Below, piece after piece: positions 37,801 to 52,500 of a stretch of 64,000 nt of DNA. Both the position numbers and the translations under genes were made by a program. Origin of the DNA: Lingula anatina (taxonomy: Eukaryota > Animalia > Brachiopoda); NCBI GenBank assembly GCA_051362555.1, contig CM120640.1:29407967-29471966 (forward strand), given 5' to 3'. The notes under the pieces were generated by a model, which ran no database searches, had not been told where the DNA came from, and saw nothing but the letters and a program-made list of their open reading frames with translations. How positions within the stretch are numbered: position 1 is the first letter of the stretch; each line of letters begins with the position of its first letter.

Positions 37801-40800
37801 TTTAAGTCACATTTTCCAAATACCTACATTACCTGCCGTGCATAAATAAAGATTGGTGGTGATTATGCTGTTAAGCATTATGTAATATTGCATTAAAAGT
37901 GTAGAAAACCCTATTTTGGTTCTTTTGCCATATTGAGCATAAAAGGAAAACAATCTAATGTTACTTATGATTCCCAAACTTACTGAAAAGCTTTATAGGA
38001 CATAAATGTAGCTTGAGTTGGAAAACCAGTCTGCTTTCTTTTTCTGGAAGTTATGCAGTTCCTTGTGAATTTTTTATTTTTCAGATATTGGCATTTTCAA
38101 TGTGGAACTAAGAGCTCCCACAGACATGAAGTGGAATTTAAGTTTCATTTTTTGAATGTCCATGTTAAGTATAGTAAATGATAAAAAATGGCTATGATAA
38201 TGCTGTTAATCATTATGAAATATTGCATCAAAATTGACAAAAACTCTACTTTGTGCAATACCACCACAATTGCTATGAAAGGAAAATTGTGTTACTTATT
38301 ATTCTGAAAATAAAAAGTATATTTCTTAGCATTGACATACAGCTCAAATCAGAAAACCAGTTTTACTGGATTTTTTTTTCTTGAATTTGCAATTTTTTGT
38401 GAAATTTTCATTTTTCATTCTGGCATTTTCAAAGCCCGAAGTCTATGCTAGTTACATACTCTTAATATCTGTGTTACCACTTGTGCATAATTTGAATTTG
38501 GTGTAGATTTTTATGTAAAGTATTATGTAGTATTGCATGAAAATTGACAAAATAACCCATAACCTGTTGAGGATGACGAACTCAAGGAATCAAGAAGATG
38601 AAATAGCAGACCAACAAATTAACTAGAATGCCATTTATTTCAGAAACCAGAAGAACAAGGCATGCTGGGACATATCAATCTAAAATCAATATGATAACAT
38701 ACCTAACACATTGTTATAACAATCCCAACATTATGCAATACTGATAACGCATTTTAGTTAAAAAAAAAAACAATAGGCTTATTGTATTGAAACTCACAGG
38801 GGTGATTGTTCTTTCTAAAATATAGGTTTAGTTCAAAAATGTGCTTGATCAGACCATTTTTCAAAAGTTCTGCTTTTTTTTCAGTGTATATACAATACAG
38901 ATAACACTGAGTGGAAAACCGGTTGTCCTTTTTCTTCAAGTTTATAAGAGTTACCAATATTACTAAGATACAGGTCAAGTCTGAAAAGCAGCCTGATCGG
39001 GCCATATTTCGTAAAAGTTTTTTTTCAGAAGTTCATTTTTCACATTTAAGCATTTTGAAGGTGTGACTTTAAACTTCCATAGGTCTGAAGACCTTTGTTA
39101 GTCACATTTTTAAATATGTATGTTACCTGCAGTACATAATTAGAGATTGGTAGTGATTGTGTTGTTAAGCAATATGTAATATTGCATGAAAATTGAAGAA
39201 AAACCTATTTTGGGCACTGTCAACATATTGACCATTTAAAGAACCCCGTGTCCTCTATATATTTTTAACAAAGTAACATAGGGCTGAAATATGGGCTGAG
39301 TTTGAAAACCAGCATGAATTGGTGTCCTTTTCTAGAAGTTATGCAGTTTTTGGTGAAATGTTATGCCATTTTCAAGATATGTCTTTGAGCTTTCATGGGC
39401 TTGAATACTTTTGTTAGTCAAATTTTCTGAATATCCATGATACTTTCATCTTTTTAAAAATTGGAGGTGTTATGCTGTTTTATGTAATAATGCGTCAAAT
39501 TTGATGAAAACTTTTTTTGGGTGCTGCCACCATATTGACCATTTAAGGAAAAGCATGTCACTAATTAATTTCAGACTTACAGAAAAAAAAGAGAGGACTT
39601 AGAATACAGGTTTAGTTCAAAAACCAACTATATTGATTTCTTTTTCTGAAAGATTGAAGAAGTCTCTATTTGTAATGGTGCTTTTGAACATCAAAATGGA
39701 GATGTTCGTTACGGCAATTTGAAGTTGATAAGGTAAGTTCAACTGGGTTATGGGAAAGCAGTCCTTATTGAAATGCAATTACATGTATCTGTAACTATAG
39801 AGAGAAATAGATAGGTTGACTACTCTAATTATTCATAAATTGGCTCAGTATGAACTGTAGTGCCCTCCTGGTTTTTGTATGTGCAGTGCTTCAAATTGTG
39901 CTTCTTCGTCAAGCTTACTCAACACCTGTGCTGTGGAAATGCACATGCATCTGTCCAGTGTTAGGAAATCAGTTTCTTTTTGGTAACACCTTTAGTACTT
40001 TTACTCTTTCTTCAGCATACTCCATCCACCATTATACAAAAAAATTGAAACCATGTCATATTTTGCTTTGAAACTTAGACGACTGACTGAGGTATAATAT
40101 ACAGATCAATTTCAAAAATTGCCTTTGTTTATTTCTGTTGGAGGTGTGCTTTTTTCGAATATAGCAGGTTTTCCTCACATTCAATTCTTAGGCATGTTAA
40201 CAGGCTCAGTACTGAACTAATTCCATATTTAAAAGTGTTCTCCACATCTTAACAATTATATTACTTTGTTATTGTGTAATAAAAGTGTTAAAATTGGAAA
40301 TAAATAAATGTACATATTAACCTATTTTGTGCATCATTGTTTTCTGCTTTTCATCTGTACATTTGACAGCTTTGCTGCTTTATCTTGAAGTTGTACTGCT
40401 TTTTTTTTTTCAGCATTTATAGCACCATATACAATTCAGATAAAACCTCAAGTGGAAAACCATTACACCTATTTTTCCTTTAGATTCACACCGGATTCTT
40501 TTTTTGCATTTTTTGGTGAAATTTTCATTTGCTGTTGTGGTCATCTTGAAATACATTTAAGAAAGTGTCACTTACTTTATCTCATTATTTTGCCACATTT
40601 TTAGTCTCTTTGTAACATCTGTGGCATCACTTTCTGTGACAATAATTGATGACAACATAATAATAATGGTAAATTAGCAAAAAATAAACAAAAATAATCA
40701 AAATAAATTTAAAAAGAAAAAGAAACATTTACAACGCCTCGTAATATTTTATTTTTAATTGCCAGTGGGACATCTTCCAAGGTCAAAGATACTCTCTTGC

Positions 40801-43213
40801 CACATTTTGTGGTCATGAACAGCGGGTGTACAGTGCAATTTGGTCACCACATATTCCAGGTTGTTTTGCATCTGTGTCAGGTATTTCTTGATTTTTAGAA
40901 CCATTAACCTATAAATCTGTAATGGTCTTGCATAATCATAAGGAAGGTAACAGACATGCTGAAACTGTTGGTCCGATCCGTCATGACCGGGAAAATTTGT
41001 CTGGACTGGTAAAAAATTGGACTTGGTTGGTCCAAAGGACAGACAAGAGTTTTAAGAGCAGCAATTTTGAATTTACAGTCATCATTCGACATACTTCACT
41101 AATAAAATTATATAAAACCCAAAGCGTTTTTTCTCTTTCATTGCAAATCTATCACATTTACAAACAAAGGAAGCTACCCTAATCGTACCGGTAGTATCTG
41201 TCTCAAACAAATAGGGTGATTTTAGGTCCGACGAAAACCCATTTGGTTCGGCAAATTTTTCATTATTGCCGGTCCAAATGTCCGGCCATTCTGAAAAGTT
41301 TTCAGCATGTCTGAGGTAACATGCAGCATAGGTAAAAGATTATATGTTTAGATGTACTCTATTAATAAATATTGCACACTTGTGTATTAGCTGCACCCAT
41401 ATTGTTTTTCAGGCTTGAAACTGACAAATAGACTTTGCTATTATGTACAAGCCTTAAGTTTGCTTTTCAGTTGTGAAACATAATTTAAACATTACTTCAA
41501 TAATTGTTTATCTAGGGGACTGCACAATACGTGTATGGGACACACGGAAGTCGTACATGGCACAACTTGTGATACCTGCACTTAAATCAGAGGTTTTATC
41601 ATGCGACTGGTGCAAGTATGATCAGGTGAGTGTATTGGATTACGGCTGTGGTAATGTACCATGAATTTTGAACAACTCCTTAATTTCGAACTTAAAATAG
41701 GCTGTCTGGAGTTTGTATGGACCTTGAATTTCTACCAGTAATCAACTTTGCATGATCTTGATTTTCGTGAATTTCATACAGCTTAAAAGTTGGCCATCAG
41801 GGTATTTTTGGGCTCATAATAATCTAACAGTCGGCATACCTTTGCCTGATTACTATGTGTGTGCCCCAAGGTGCAAGATAACAATTGGTTCAGTCAGACA
41901 TGGCAAAAACTCTGGGGCTAAACTGGACAAAAAACCTACTGGTCCTACCAAACTTTTGCTGTTCCTACTGAATTTTTTAATCAACATTTTCTCTATATAT
42001 TTCACAGATGTAATGGGGTAAAGTGGCCTTAAAATCATGTTTTTGAGTTTTTAGTGAGTTTATATTTATCAAACAGGTATCAAAATTAGATGTAATAACA
42101 TTTTTCGAGTTTGCATGGAAAAATGTATTTTGATAAGTTTTTTCAACCGGCATGCATGCCAGTCAGGATGCCAACTAAGCCATGCCTCTGTTGGTAAGGG
42201 TCGTTGCCATTAGTGGGTGGAGCAAAGTTAGAGTTAGAAGTGGATTATGTGTTAGGTAACAGGTCATAAGTCTTACATCAGCTAAGCAGTGAATAAGTCT
42301 ACTCAGTAGTATATGCCATGGGCAACAGCGGGTGGTCAGTCTGTAATTGTCCCTTAGGTAATCATTAGCTAAGTTCAGAGCTATTAAGTCATTTGCCTAT
42401 TTAAGTTTCATGTGGCCATTAAATGAGATTACAAAATACACACATGTTGAGATTTCCCTATAAACTTCCATTAGTTTAGTTCTCTGCCAGATACAGTTTG
42501 TGAAAGTCTAAATTAAGGAATCAGTGAAAATTATGCAGGTAAAGTTGTTTAATATTGCAAATAAGTTTACAGAAGAAAAAACTATTTTGTGTAATGCCAA
42601 CATTAATGCTATAGATGAATAACAGTGCTTTATTATCCTCAAACTCAGTGGGGTTATTCATATCATGTTAATAAACCTGGATTAAAAGCTTGAATTATAG
42701 CAACTTTATTGGAATATTTTTTTTTCTTTTTAACTTTTTTTATTTTTCAAACACTGGCATTTTCAACTGTGACTTAACTCCCATCCACCTAAAGCTCTGT
42801 ACATTTCCTGTATTTCCATTATGTAACGTTATTTGTGCACTGTCATAATTTTTCACATATTGGGATTTTCATTATGTGAATTTGAACTTTCATGGTCCTG
42901 AAACTGTAATCTTATTGACCATTTTACCTGTTGCGCACGATTAAAATTTAGTGTTAATTGACTGTGCTGTTATAAGAATTATTCATTATTGCATCAAAAT
43001 TGACAGTGACCTATATTCTGCATCTTTATTTTCTGCTTTTCGTCTGTACATTTGCTGCCTTGTTGAAACATTGCTTTTATCAATTTTGTCATTTATATTT
43101 CTGGCCATTTGGCAACTTTGCGGCCTTGTTGTGTTTTATTTCTTCTGCTTATTAATAATAACTTATCAACAAATTGATTTTTCTTAGCAGACCACTTTCA
43201 TTAACATGTACCA

Positions 43214-43287
<74 letters not shown>

Positions 43288-46200
43288 TAGTGATATCAGG
43301 CTCCTTTATAAAAAGTCTGACTTTATTCTTTTAGTACCTCCTTATCACTGGTTCTGTAGACTGTGGTATACGAGGCTGGGATCTCAGAAAGCCTAGATCA
43401 CCAGTATTTGATCTCAGGGGGCACAACTATGCCATTAGAAGACTCAAGGTGAGATCAGAATCACATCCCAATAAAATATTATCAGCGCCATTACATGATA
43501 TTGTGTTTCACACTGTCCTAATAGCATACAGCAGGTATTGTTGCCAAAATTATAAAAATATCTGTTAGTACATATGCCATTTAAAGAAAATAATTTTTGT
43601 TTTAAAAAAACCCTTGTCACAGATTGTTGAAAATATTTTTTATTTTCAGCAACAGGACTCATTGACAAATTTAAATATAGAAAAGTGTTCCTTTTTTCCC
43701 CACTTAATTGGACTTTTTCTTTTGTTTTTAATTAATTTCTCATCCACGTTATCACCTATATCTACTTTATTTATTCTGTGTCTGTATCCAATTTTTAACA
43801 GAAAATATACATTGCAGTGAAAGAACCATGCACTTTCGACATGTTTATGTTGTTTTAATTTGTTCAGGAAAGTTAAATTTTTTAGTTCCTTCTTTTTCCT
43901 CATGATTGCTCTCTTGACTTTTGTATTTTTAAGTTTAATGATCATTGGTCTTATTGATCCTTGTTTACCAAGAATGTGGTGTATTTCCTGGATGTCATTA
44001 GGCTCAATATTCATTTTGCCTCCTTTTTTTGAAATGTCATTGAAAATCTCTCTCAGATTTTCCCCCTCTTTTTCTGCCATGTTTAACACGCTTATATTCA
44101 TTTTCCTTGAATACTGCTCATTATGGTTGCTAGTGTGCATGGTTTCTTTACATTTTGTTTTAACGTTTCATTCAATTTTTTAATTTCTTGGTCTTTTTTT
44201 CTCATGACTTCTTTGAGCTGTTCATTTCCATCTCGAGGCTGTTCACCTGATATTGCAATTTTGCAGTGCGGGTCTCTGATTCTATCTTTAAGGAATCCAA
44301 TTTTTGTTGGAATTTTTCATCTATTTCAGATGCCATGTTATTAAGACGTCTCTCAACCACCCTTGTTACAGTTACTTCCAAATCTTCTTTTTTGATAGTT
44401 TCTTTTATTTCATTTTTTAGTTCCGACAGCTCGTGCATCAGTAATTAATTGTAGTTATTCTGCACTGGAATTTGTCACTTCTGAATGTGGTCTTTAAGAG
44501 GCTGAAGCTGTTGTATGTGAATTGTTTGGTTTTGTGCTGGTGGTGAGGACCTAGACTTAGTCCTATCACCAGCTTTATTGGGTTTCTGGGCCATTACCTT
44601 ATTTTAAAGCACTCTCCTGTCTAAAGGCAATAGGCTGCGTTGTGGTCGTGTAAAGTCACATCATCCACAAATGCGTTCCGTGCACCAGTGCACAGAACTA
44701 ACGAGGTAATAGGATGGTCGCTGGACTTTTGGCACTAAACAACTTACAAGTTTCAGTAATTATGCAGGGAAAAGATGGACACATATCAGTAGAATTAAAC
44801 CTTTTCAAGTTTCATAGCATACTTTCTTCAGTAATCACGCAGAAAAGAAGATGAAAAGAAATTAGTAGAAATGAAAATTTCAAGTTTCATTTCTTACTTG
44901 CAGAAATAATAATTAATTGGTAACTGCAACATAAGTAAGCTTTCATAGTTTACATTTCCTTCACCCATAGAGTGATTTTCTTTGAATTTTTGACCAAAAC
45001 AACTTTAACAATTTCTGAAGGAATCAGGTGTTGGGTCTTCTCCTCCATGGTCGCGCAACTTTCAGATTCTTCATCAGAATGATACCCAGCTTCGAGCGGC
45101 TGATCCTTTAAACATGGGATGGGCCAGTGGGGATGTTTCATGGGGGACTGCCGTTCACTAAACAGATTTACGGCCCAATTAGTAATTGCTTGCATTTTGT
45201 TTGGTATTCTGACTGCCAAATTCTGAGACAATTCAGAACTAGCCAACAGCTTTACGAAACTCTCCAGCTGCTCATCTTTAATGTCAACTTTAAAAAGATT
45301 TTTTGTTGGAATTTCCATCAATTGAGACAGAGAGATGCCGTTTTCCATTGTTAGTATTGTTACTTCTGCGTTATGTTACCTGCTGAATGACACAGATATT
45401 AGGGAGGACGTAATGTTCGTTTTCTTTAGAAACTTTGTTTTCCACAATGAGAGAACCTTACGGTCATCCTGTGAGAATGAAAAATAGATTTTTAACCTTT
45501 TCTTCAATAAACGCAAAATTTGCTAAAACGTCAGCGGTATCTGACACAAGGTAATAGGGACCATTAAGACTCCACTCCAAAACACAGCACGCCGCGCATA
45601 TGTTTGATTTGCCAGTTTCTTCATGCTGCACCTCCATTATCAGGTGAGCATTATCCATGCCTATGACCAAATCTGCGTTTTGCATGAATAATTGCTAAAA
45701 GACCAGCCAGATGAAGGTAATGTGCTATCTCAAGGAATCTGTTTGCTCGGACACTTATGTTAGGCACAACTATTGCATTGGAAATCAGATATGCAACAGA
45801 ATTGTCATCATGAGGCAACATATCGAAAGAAACTAGGGATGAGTGGATCCCTTCACGTCGTCAATAGTGCTTTATTGACATTGCACTTGTCCCGTGCTTC
45901 TCAAAGTAAGGTCCTATACCAGTTTCTTAGAAATGAATGTGGATGTTGAGCCACTATTGAGTAGTACTTTTTGTGATGTTCATATATTTAATAGTCATCA
46001 AGAAAAGAAGATTGCATGATGTTTTTCAACAGGTATCCCTTTATGGTCACCATGACCACCATCTTCATTTCCGTTTCCTCTCATTTTATGAAAATTGGCT
46101 AAGCTTGGATTGCTTTCATGAATTTTGTTATGATAGTTTCCTATTGACAAAACAAGGTTTCTTTTGAAATTGACTCGTGTATCCAAAGTATGGCCACCTT

Positions 46201-49200
46201 GGCTACAAGCAGAATTTTGTTCCCACTCATTAATTAAATGGAAAAAGGACTTTATGGATACTTTGGGGGGGGGGGGGGTAAAATGGATGAAGATGGTTTT
46301 CTGCCATTACACAATTCCCTGAGTTCAAATAGTACCCGTCATTGTCCAAAGGAACCTACTCATTTGCTCTTGACTTACCCTTTACCACAAAACCTCCTGA
46401 GCATTCCAATATCACCTGGCCTCAACAAACAAGGACAGTTACAGCATCAGGGCAGAGGGGGGGGGGTTAGATGTTGCTCCCACTGTATGTTTAGAATTAA
46501 ATCAATTAACATGTTACAAACCTTTTTTGTTTTTGTTTCAGTGTTCACCTTTTCAAGGAAACATCATTGCTTCTGCATCATATGATTTCACAGTTAGGTA
46601 ATATCATTTCTTTCTGATACATATACGGAGGTACTGCTAGTACATGTGACATATTTTTCTGTGGCCACTCACTAGGTAACAAATTCAAGATTTTGTAATG
46701 TGGTCTGAAATTATCCAAATATTGAGTCTACCTGTCAACAATATTGAGTACTGATAGTTTTTTTTCTGAGGTTTTCTCAGAGCAGCTCAAGGTTTTCATA
46801 TTCTAGCATGACTGTTTGAATTTTGGTGTGTTCTCACGCATGCTCGCAAGTTAACAAATTACTCTGTGAATTTCCACAGGTGACCCCCTGTCCAGCCCCT
46901 TAACAATAGGCCTACACTTGTTTCTTTTCCACACATAAACTTTCATGTCTCAATTAAATAAAAACAGAAGGCAAAAACTTAACTTCTCTCTAGGGGTGCA
47001 GTTATACTAAAGTTTAATAATAACTTCATTATATCTTGTTACCAGATGTTTTTCTAGTATCTTACCTGTGGCATCTATTAAATATTGCTTTACTAGTCAT
47101 CTTCTAAGGAATTTTTTCCAGGTGAGCTATCTGTCACATCAGAATACATGTATTTCAATAATTGTGTTAGAAAAGTCACTGTTACAGTACTACTAGTGAA
47201 GGTTGCCTAGTCGTCACATAATAGTAAAATTTAATCTATTGGTACCCTTGTAGCAATGTAGACTGTCATACTATACATACAAATGCAGTAGGGATAACAC
47301 ATTTTTTGTAGGATGATATGGATATGAGAAGAAGGAAATTTCTAGGGGAAAGTGTGTGACATTATGTAGCCCTAAAGTGCAAATTCCATCCTTTAATGCT
47401 TCTGTCAGTCTTCTCCAGCCTACTTAATCAATTATAAATAATCCCTGCACATATACCGTTATATGTTCCAGCATATAGGGAAAGAAAGGTGTATTCAGTT
47501 TTGACCATAAAGCTCCATATCTTTTAGCTGCAATTTGAACAAGACCCCTGGAACAAATGATTAATTAGAAGTTATTTTCTCTTTCACCAGAGAAATTTAT
47601 CACTGTAAATACTGAAAATCACATAAACATATTTTCTCATTTTAAAAGTTGGACTGTATTCATCAAATATTTTGTTTTTGGGTATAGTGCATTTATTAAA
47701 ATAAAGTGTATGTGCACATGTTTTTGTGTGTGTACTAGTGTATATGCACCTGCTGATATAGATTAATGAGAACATGATAGATATATGAATGTAATTTTTT
47801 ATGTACAGACACTGATGTGTCAGTACATATAGCTGTCACCTGCGTCTGTCATTGCTGTCGCTGTCGTCGCCGTGCACTTTCACTGATAACACACTAAGTG
47901 GAAAACTGTTTACCTTTTGGCTTAAAACCTACAGAACTGAAGAATATTCAAAAAATGAAGGTCAAGTTCGAAAATCAGCATGATCATTTTTGAAAGTTAT
48001 GCTGTTTTTTGGGGGTTTTTTTCAGCATATATGCAATACTGGTAACACATTTCAAGGAAAACTGATAGGCCTATTGTTTTGAATTTCACAGGAATGATCA
48101 ATCTTACTAAAATAGAAGTTGAGTTTGAAAGTCAGCTTGATTGGTTTAGTTTTGATGAAGTTATGCCTTTTTTGTATATAAGTAGTTTTTTTCTCATATT
48201 TGATTCTTAAAGGGATAATAACTCTTTGTTTTGGCCAAAAAATGAATTTTCCTGGAGGAAACAACAATTTTCCCATACTTACCAATGGTTAATGAATCCA
48301 TTTCTACATTCAAAGTTAGTCCCTGGTTTTTTTCTAAAAACTTTGGTTTTTTGTTAAAATCTCTTAAGAGAATATTACAGAGTTTAGCCATCAATGGAGG
48401 TCAGGTGGTCTGAAGACAAGCTCAGATATCAGAATAATAGCTACAACTCCTTTTTTTTTGTCGTAAAACAGAATATGTAATATTTCTATGAGTTATTCAC
48501 AATGTTTTTATTGTGAAATATAGACCTCATACGAAGAGTTATTATCCCTTTAAGCCTGTTAACAGTCTCCTTATTGAACTAATTCGATACGTAAAAAAAT
48601 TTTTGATATTTTCTGCACCTTAACAATATTGTTAGTTGATTATATAAAAATGATGGTCAAGAATGGAAATTAATTCATATCATTGCAGTTTGTCAGATTC
48701 AATCATTCACTATGTTCAGAATCTCAGAATGGATCAAATTGGACATTTAAAACTGTTCTTTTGATATTTTTTCTATCTCAACCTCTCAACCTTTTTTTTA
48801 GTTGATCATATAAAAATGACAGTAAATTGATGACTTTGTTTTAGTAATTGTCCCTTGGGAAATCACTAGCTAAGTTCAGGGCTATGAAGTCACTTGCCCA
48901 ATTAATTTCCAAGTGGCCATTAATGAGATTACATAAAACACGTGTTGAAATTTTCCTGTAAACTCCCATAGGTTTAGCTGTCTGCCAGATACAGTTTGTA
49001 AAAGTCTAAATTAACAGTGTCACATAATTAAGAATCAGTGATAATTATGCAGTTATATGTTGTTTAATATTGCAAATAAATGAACAAGAAAAAAAATTAA
49101 TGTGTGACATGCCAACATTAATTCTGTTGATAAATAACAGTGCCTAATTATCCTCAAACTCAATGGGGTCATTCATATCATGTTAATACAGCTAAATTAA

Positions 49201-49512
49201 AAGATTGAATAGCAGCTTTATTAGAATATTTTTTGGTATGTTTTCTTTTTCTTTTTTTTTTTTTTTTTTTTAAACACTGGCATGTTAACTCCCATCCGCC
49301 TGAAGCTCTGCATATTTTCTGTATTTCACAAAAGCAGTAGTATTGGTGTTTATGTCTAAGCATTTTGTAGTATTATTTTGTGCACTGTCATCATTTTTCA
49401 AATATTGGGATTTTCATTATAATGTGAATTTGAACTCTTATGGTCCTGAAGCTGTACTGTTATAAGTATTAATTATTATTGCATCAAAATTGACAAAATG
49501 ACCTGTTTTCTG

Positions 49513-49556
<44 letters not shown>

Positions 49557-52500
49557 TCTGTACATTTGACAGTTTTGCTGCCTTGTTTACCCATCCCGTG
49601 GTTTAGAACATAAGTTCATTAATAAACATTTGAATTAATTTTTCAGAATCTGGGACATCAGTGCACCACATGAGGCCATACAGGTTATATCTCAGTGTAC
49701 AGAGTTTGTATGTGGTTTGGACTTCAACTTACATATTCAGGGACAGGTACTGTAATGTTTTCCTATCCTCAAACTGAATATGTGTGCTGTTTTTTTTTAT
49801 TATGTACAGACACAGATGCTAATAATGCAATACAATACATATGTAACTAAAAATGCCACAAATGCCACAGTTTGAAAGATGTACATTTCACAAAAGGAAA
49901 AAAAAACAGCATAACTTTAAAAGATGAATTCGGTCAGGCTCATTTTCGAACTTGACCTGTTTGAAGACAATGTGTCTGTACATAAAATGGCTTCACATGG
50001 CTTGGCAAGGGTTTATACCTCAGGTAAGAAAGGTAAATGGGTATAGGCTGTTATTGGGAGGTTAGAAACTCATCTTACACGTAGATATTATGATGGGTCA
50101 GTTTGATGGCTTTACATGCCAGCTCCCTCCCCTGTGAGATGACATCGACCCCGTCACCCAACCATGTGACAACATAGCTCTTTTACTTCCAGACCTTATA
50201 TGAGAAAAGAACACATTTTTAAAGCTCAATATTTACAAAAAAAAACTTCCATTCAAGAGTCCAATTGTTTTGATCGATGTCGCATTGTAATTCAACTGTA
50301 GCATTATGACTACAGGCCAGCACCTTTAACAATGAAATGTTTCCAAAATAAGGGCTAGAATTAAATTTTACCAGTGATTTACAATATTATTTTGGGCTGT
50401 TTCCTGCCTACATGTTTGTCCATCTTGTGTCTATGCACACAAAGTTTCACTGTCATCTAACAAGAATATTGCAATTTCTTCTGGTATATAATAGAGTAGT
50501 CAGTACAGTATGTGTATACTTGGCAATTCCCCCCCCCCCCCAAAAAAAAAAAAAAAAAAAAACACCATCACATTTTGCTTTCTCAGTTTCACTGCTTGAG
50601 AGTAGTTATTGTACCACCAGAGTAGGCGTTGGCAGTACATGTGGTTTTAGTCCAGACCCATCTCATCCGACGTATCCATTTCTTGGATTTAGGTCACATA
50701 TTATCTCAACTCATTCCACATAAATTTTTTGGGCTTTGTCAGTGCATAAGTCTAGGTTTGGCGCTTGTTGCAATGTACCCTTGTCCAAAATTTGCAAAAT
50801 TTTAATTTGAAAATGCTAAATATCTCCCAAATCAAAGGAATTATGGGAAAAATTCTATACATAGCTGACCGAGATTTCAAATATACCCTCTGGTTTGACT
50901 TCTGCTCTTTAATTTATGGGCAAACAGGCCAAAATTTTCGTAAAAATGGGAATTTTTAGCAAAAAAATTTTATTTGTGCAGATTTTCAGTAACTACACTG
51001 ACCTAACCCATAATATTATGGAAAGGTGTTACACTTAGGGTCATCTTTCAACCTCGTGAGTTTGGGGTATATCACTGCATTTTCACGGGAGAAGCAGCCA
51101 TTAGATGCCAAAACTGGAAAATCTCTAATTCTGCAACCGTAAATGCTAGAGACCTCTTGTTTTTTGCAGTTTACAGAGCCTGGCAAGCACAACACTGGGG
51201 ATGGTGTTTGTTTTCAATACAGTTTACAAGTTACCCTTTACCAAAGAGTACAGTGTCACAATATTCAGTGGTGAAAATAAAATGTACAATAACTCCAAAA
51301 TTAGCAGTGATACACCTATAGTTGCTATTGAACTTGAATAGGAAGTCTTATACTGGCAATCTTACTGTGACCTTGAAATTGACCTTTGACCTACTTTTCA
51401 CCATGAAGTGAACTTTATATAACTTTTCCGTCCCTTATATATCTCCAAAACTGACAGAGATTCACACATATTTACCAATGAACTTGAACAAAAAGTCAAA
51501 CACTGGCAATCATACTGTGACCTTGAAATGGACTTTTAGCCTACTTTATGCCATGACCCGCACTTCTCAAATTTGGATATGACCTTATATTTTTCCCCAT
51601 GATTTTGTTATAAATTGTATATTTTTCAACAAAAATTGAGAACTCTTGTTTACTGCATTGTCAAGCACAATATTGGAGGTGGTTTCCCTCTTTTTTTTTT
51701 TCTTTTTTTTTTTTTTTTTGTCCTCACAAATGTGCTAACTTCAGCTGGTAGAACAATACCCAGAGGAGCTATCGCCTCTCTGATCCTCTAGTTACAAGCA
51801 CAAAACCAGGTAGGGTCTGTGTGCAATTACCATTCATAGTTCTTCCATTCACACTGCTTGGAATCGGCTCCAGAGATTCTCTTAGTCATTGTTACTCACT
51901 AAGCATTTATTTTTACTTGCAGAATTCCTCAGTTAGCTTTTAAGTAGAACAACGAAAACCCTCCAAGTAAGCTGACCCAACTTGAGCAATGGCATAAATC
52001 CAAGATGAAATTTAGATATAGAGCAGTCTTCCAAACCAAAAGGGCAGTTCTGTCTGAACCCCCAGAACTCACCCTGGCTAGGGGCCTGTGTGGGTCCGAG
52101 TCCATGCTTGACTTAATCTTTGTAGCTTCTAATACATACTACATAACACAGATAGGGATATGCATCTCAACATTTACAGTGCATGCAGGACAGATGATCC
52201 GTGGACTTACTGATCTGCATACTAAATATGGCCGACCCGACATAAAAGAGCCAACTAATCCGCTGATGATCTCCCCACCTCCTTGCCATTAAACAGATTA
52301 AAGTCTCCGCTTTAATGTTGGGGGGCCATATTAGATCTGCCAATCTCTTAGGCTACATTCAGAACAGGGGACTAACTAGTCCACAGAACAAATATGGCGA
52401 CCGACTAAAAAGCTTGCCGTCTAATCCACTAATAAACACTGAATAGATTCCCTGTGGGTCAGCCATATTTGACCCTTGGACTAGTAAGTCCGCTGTTCTG

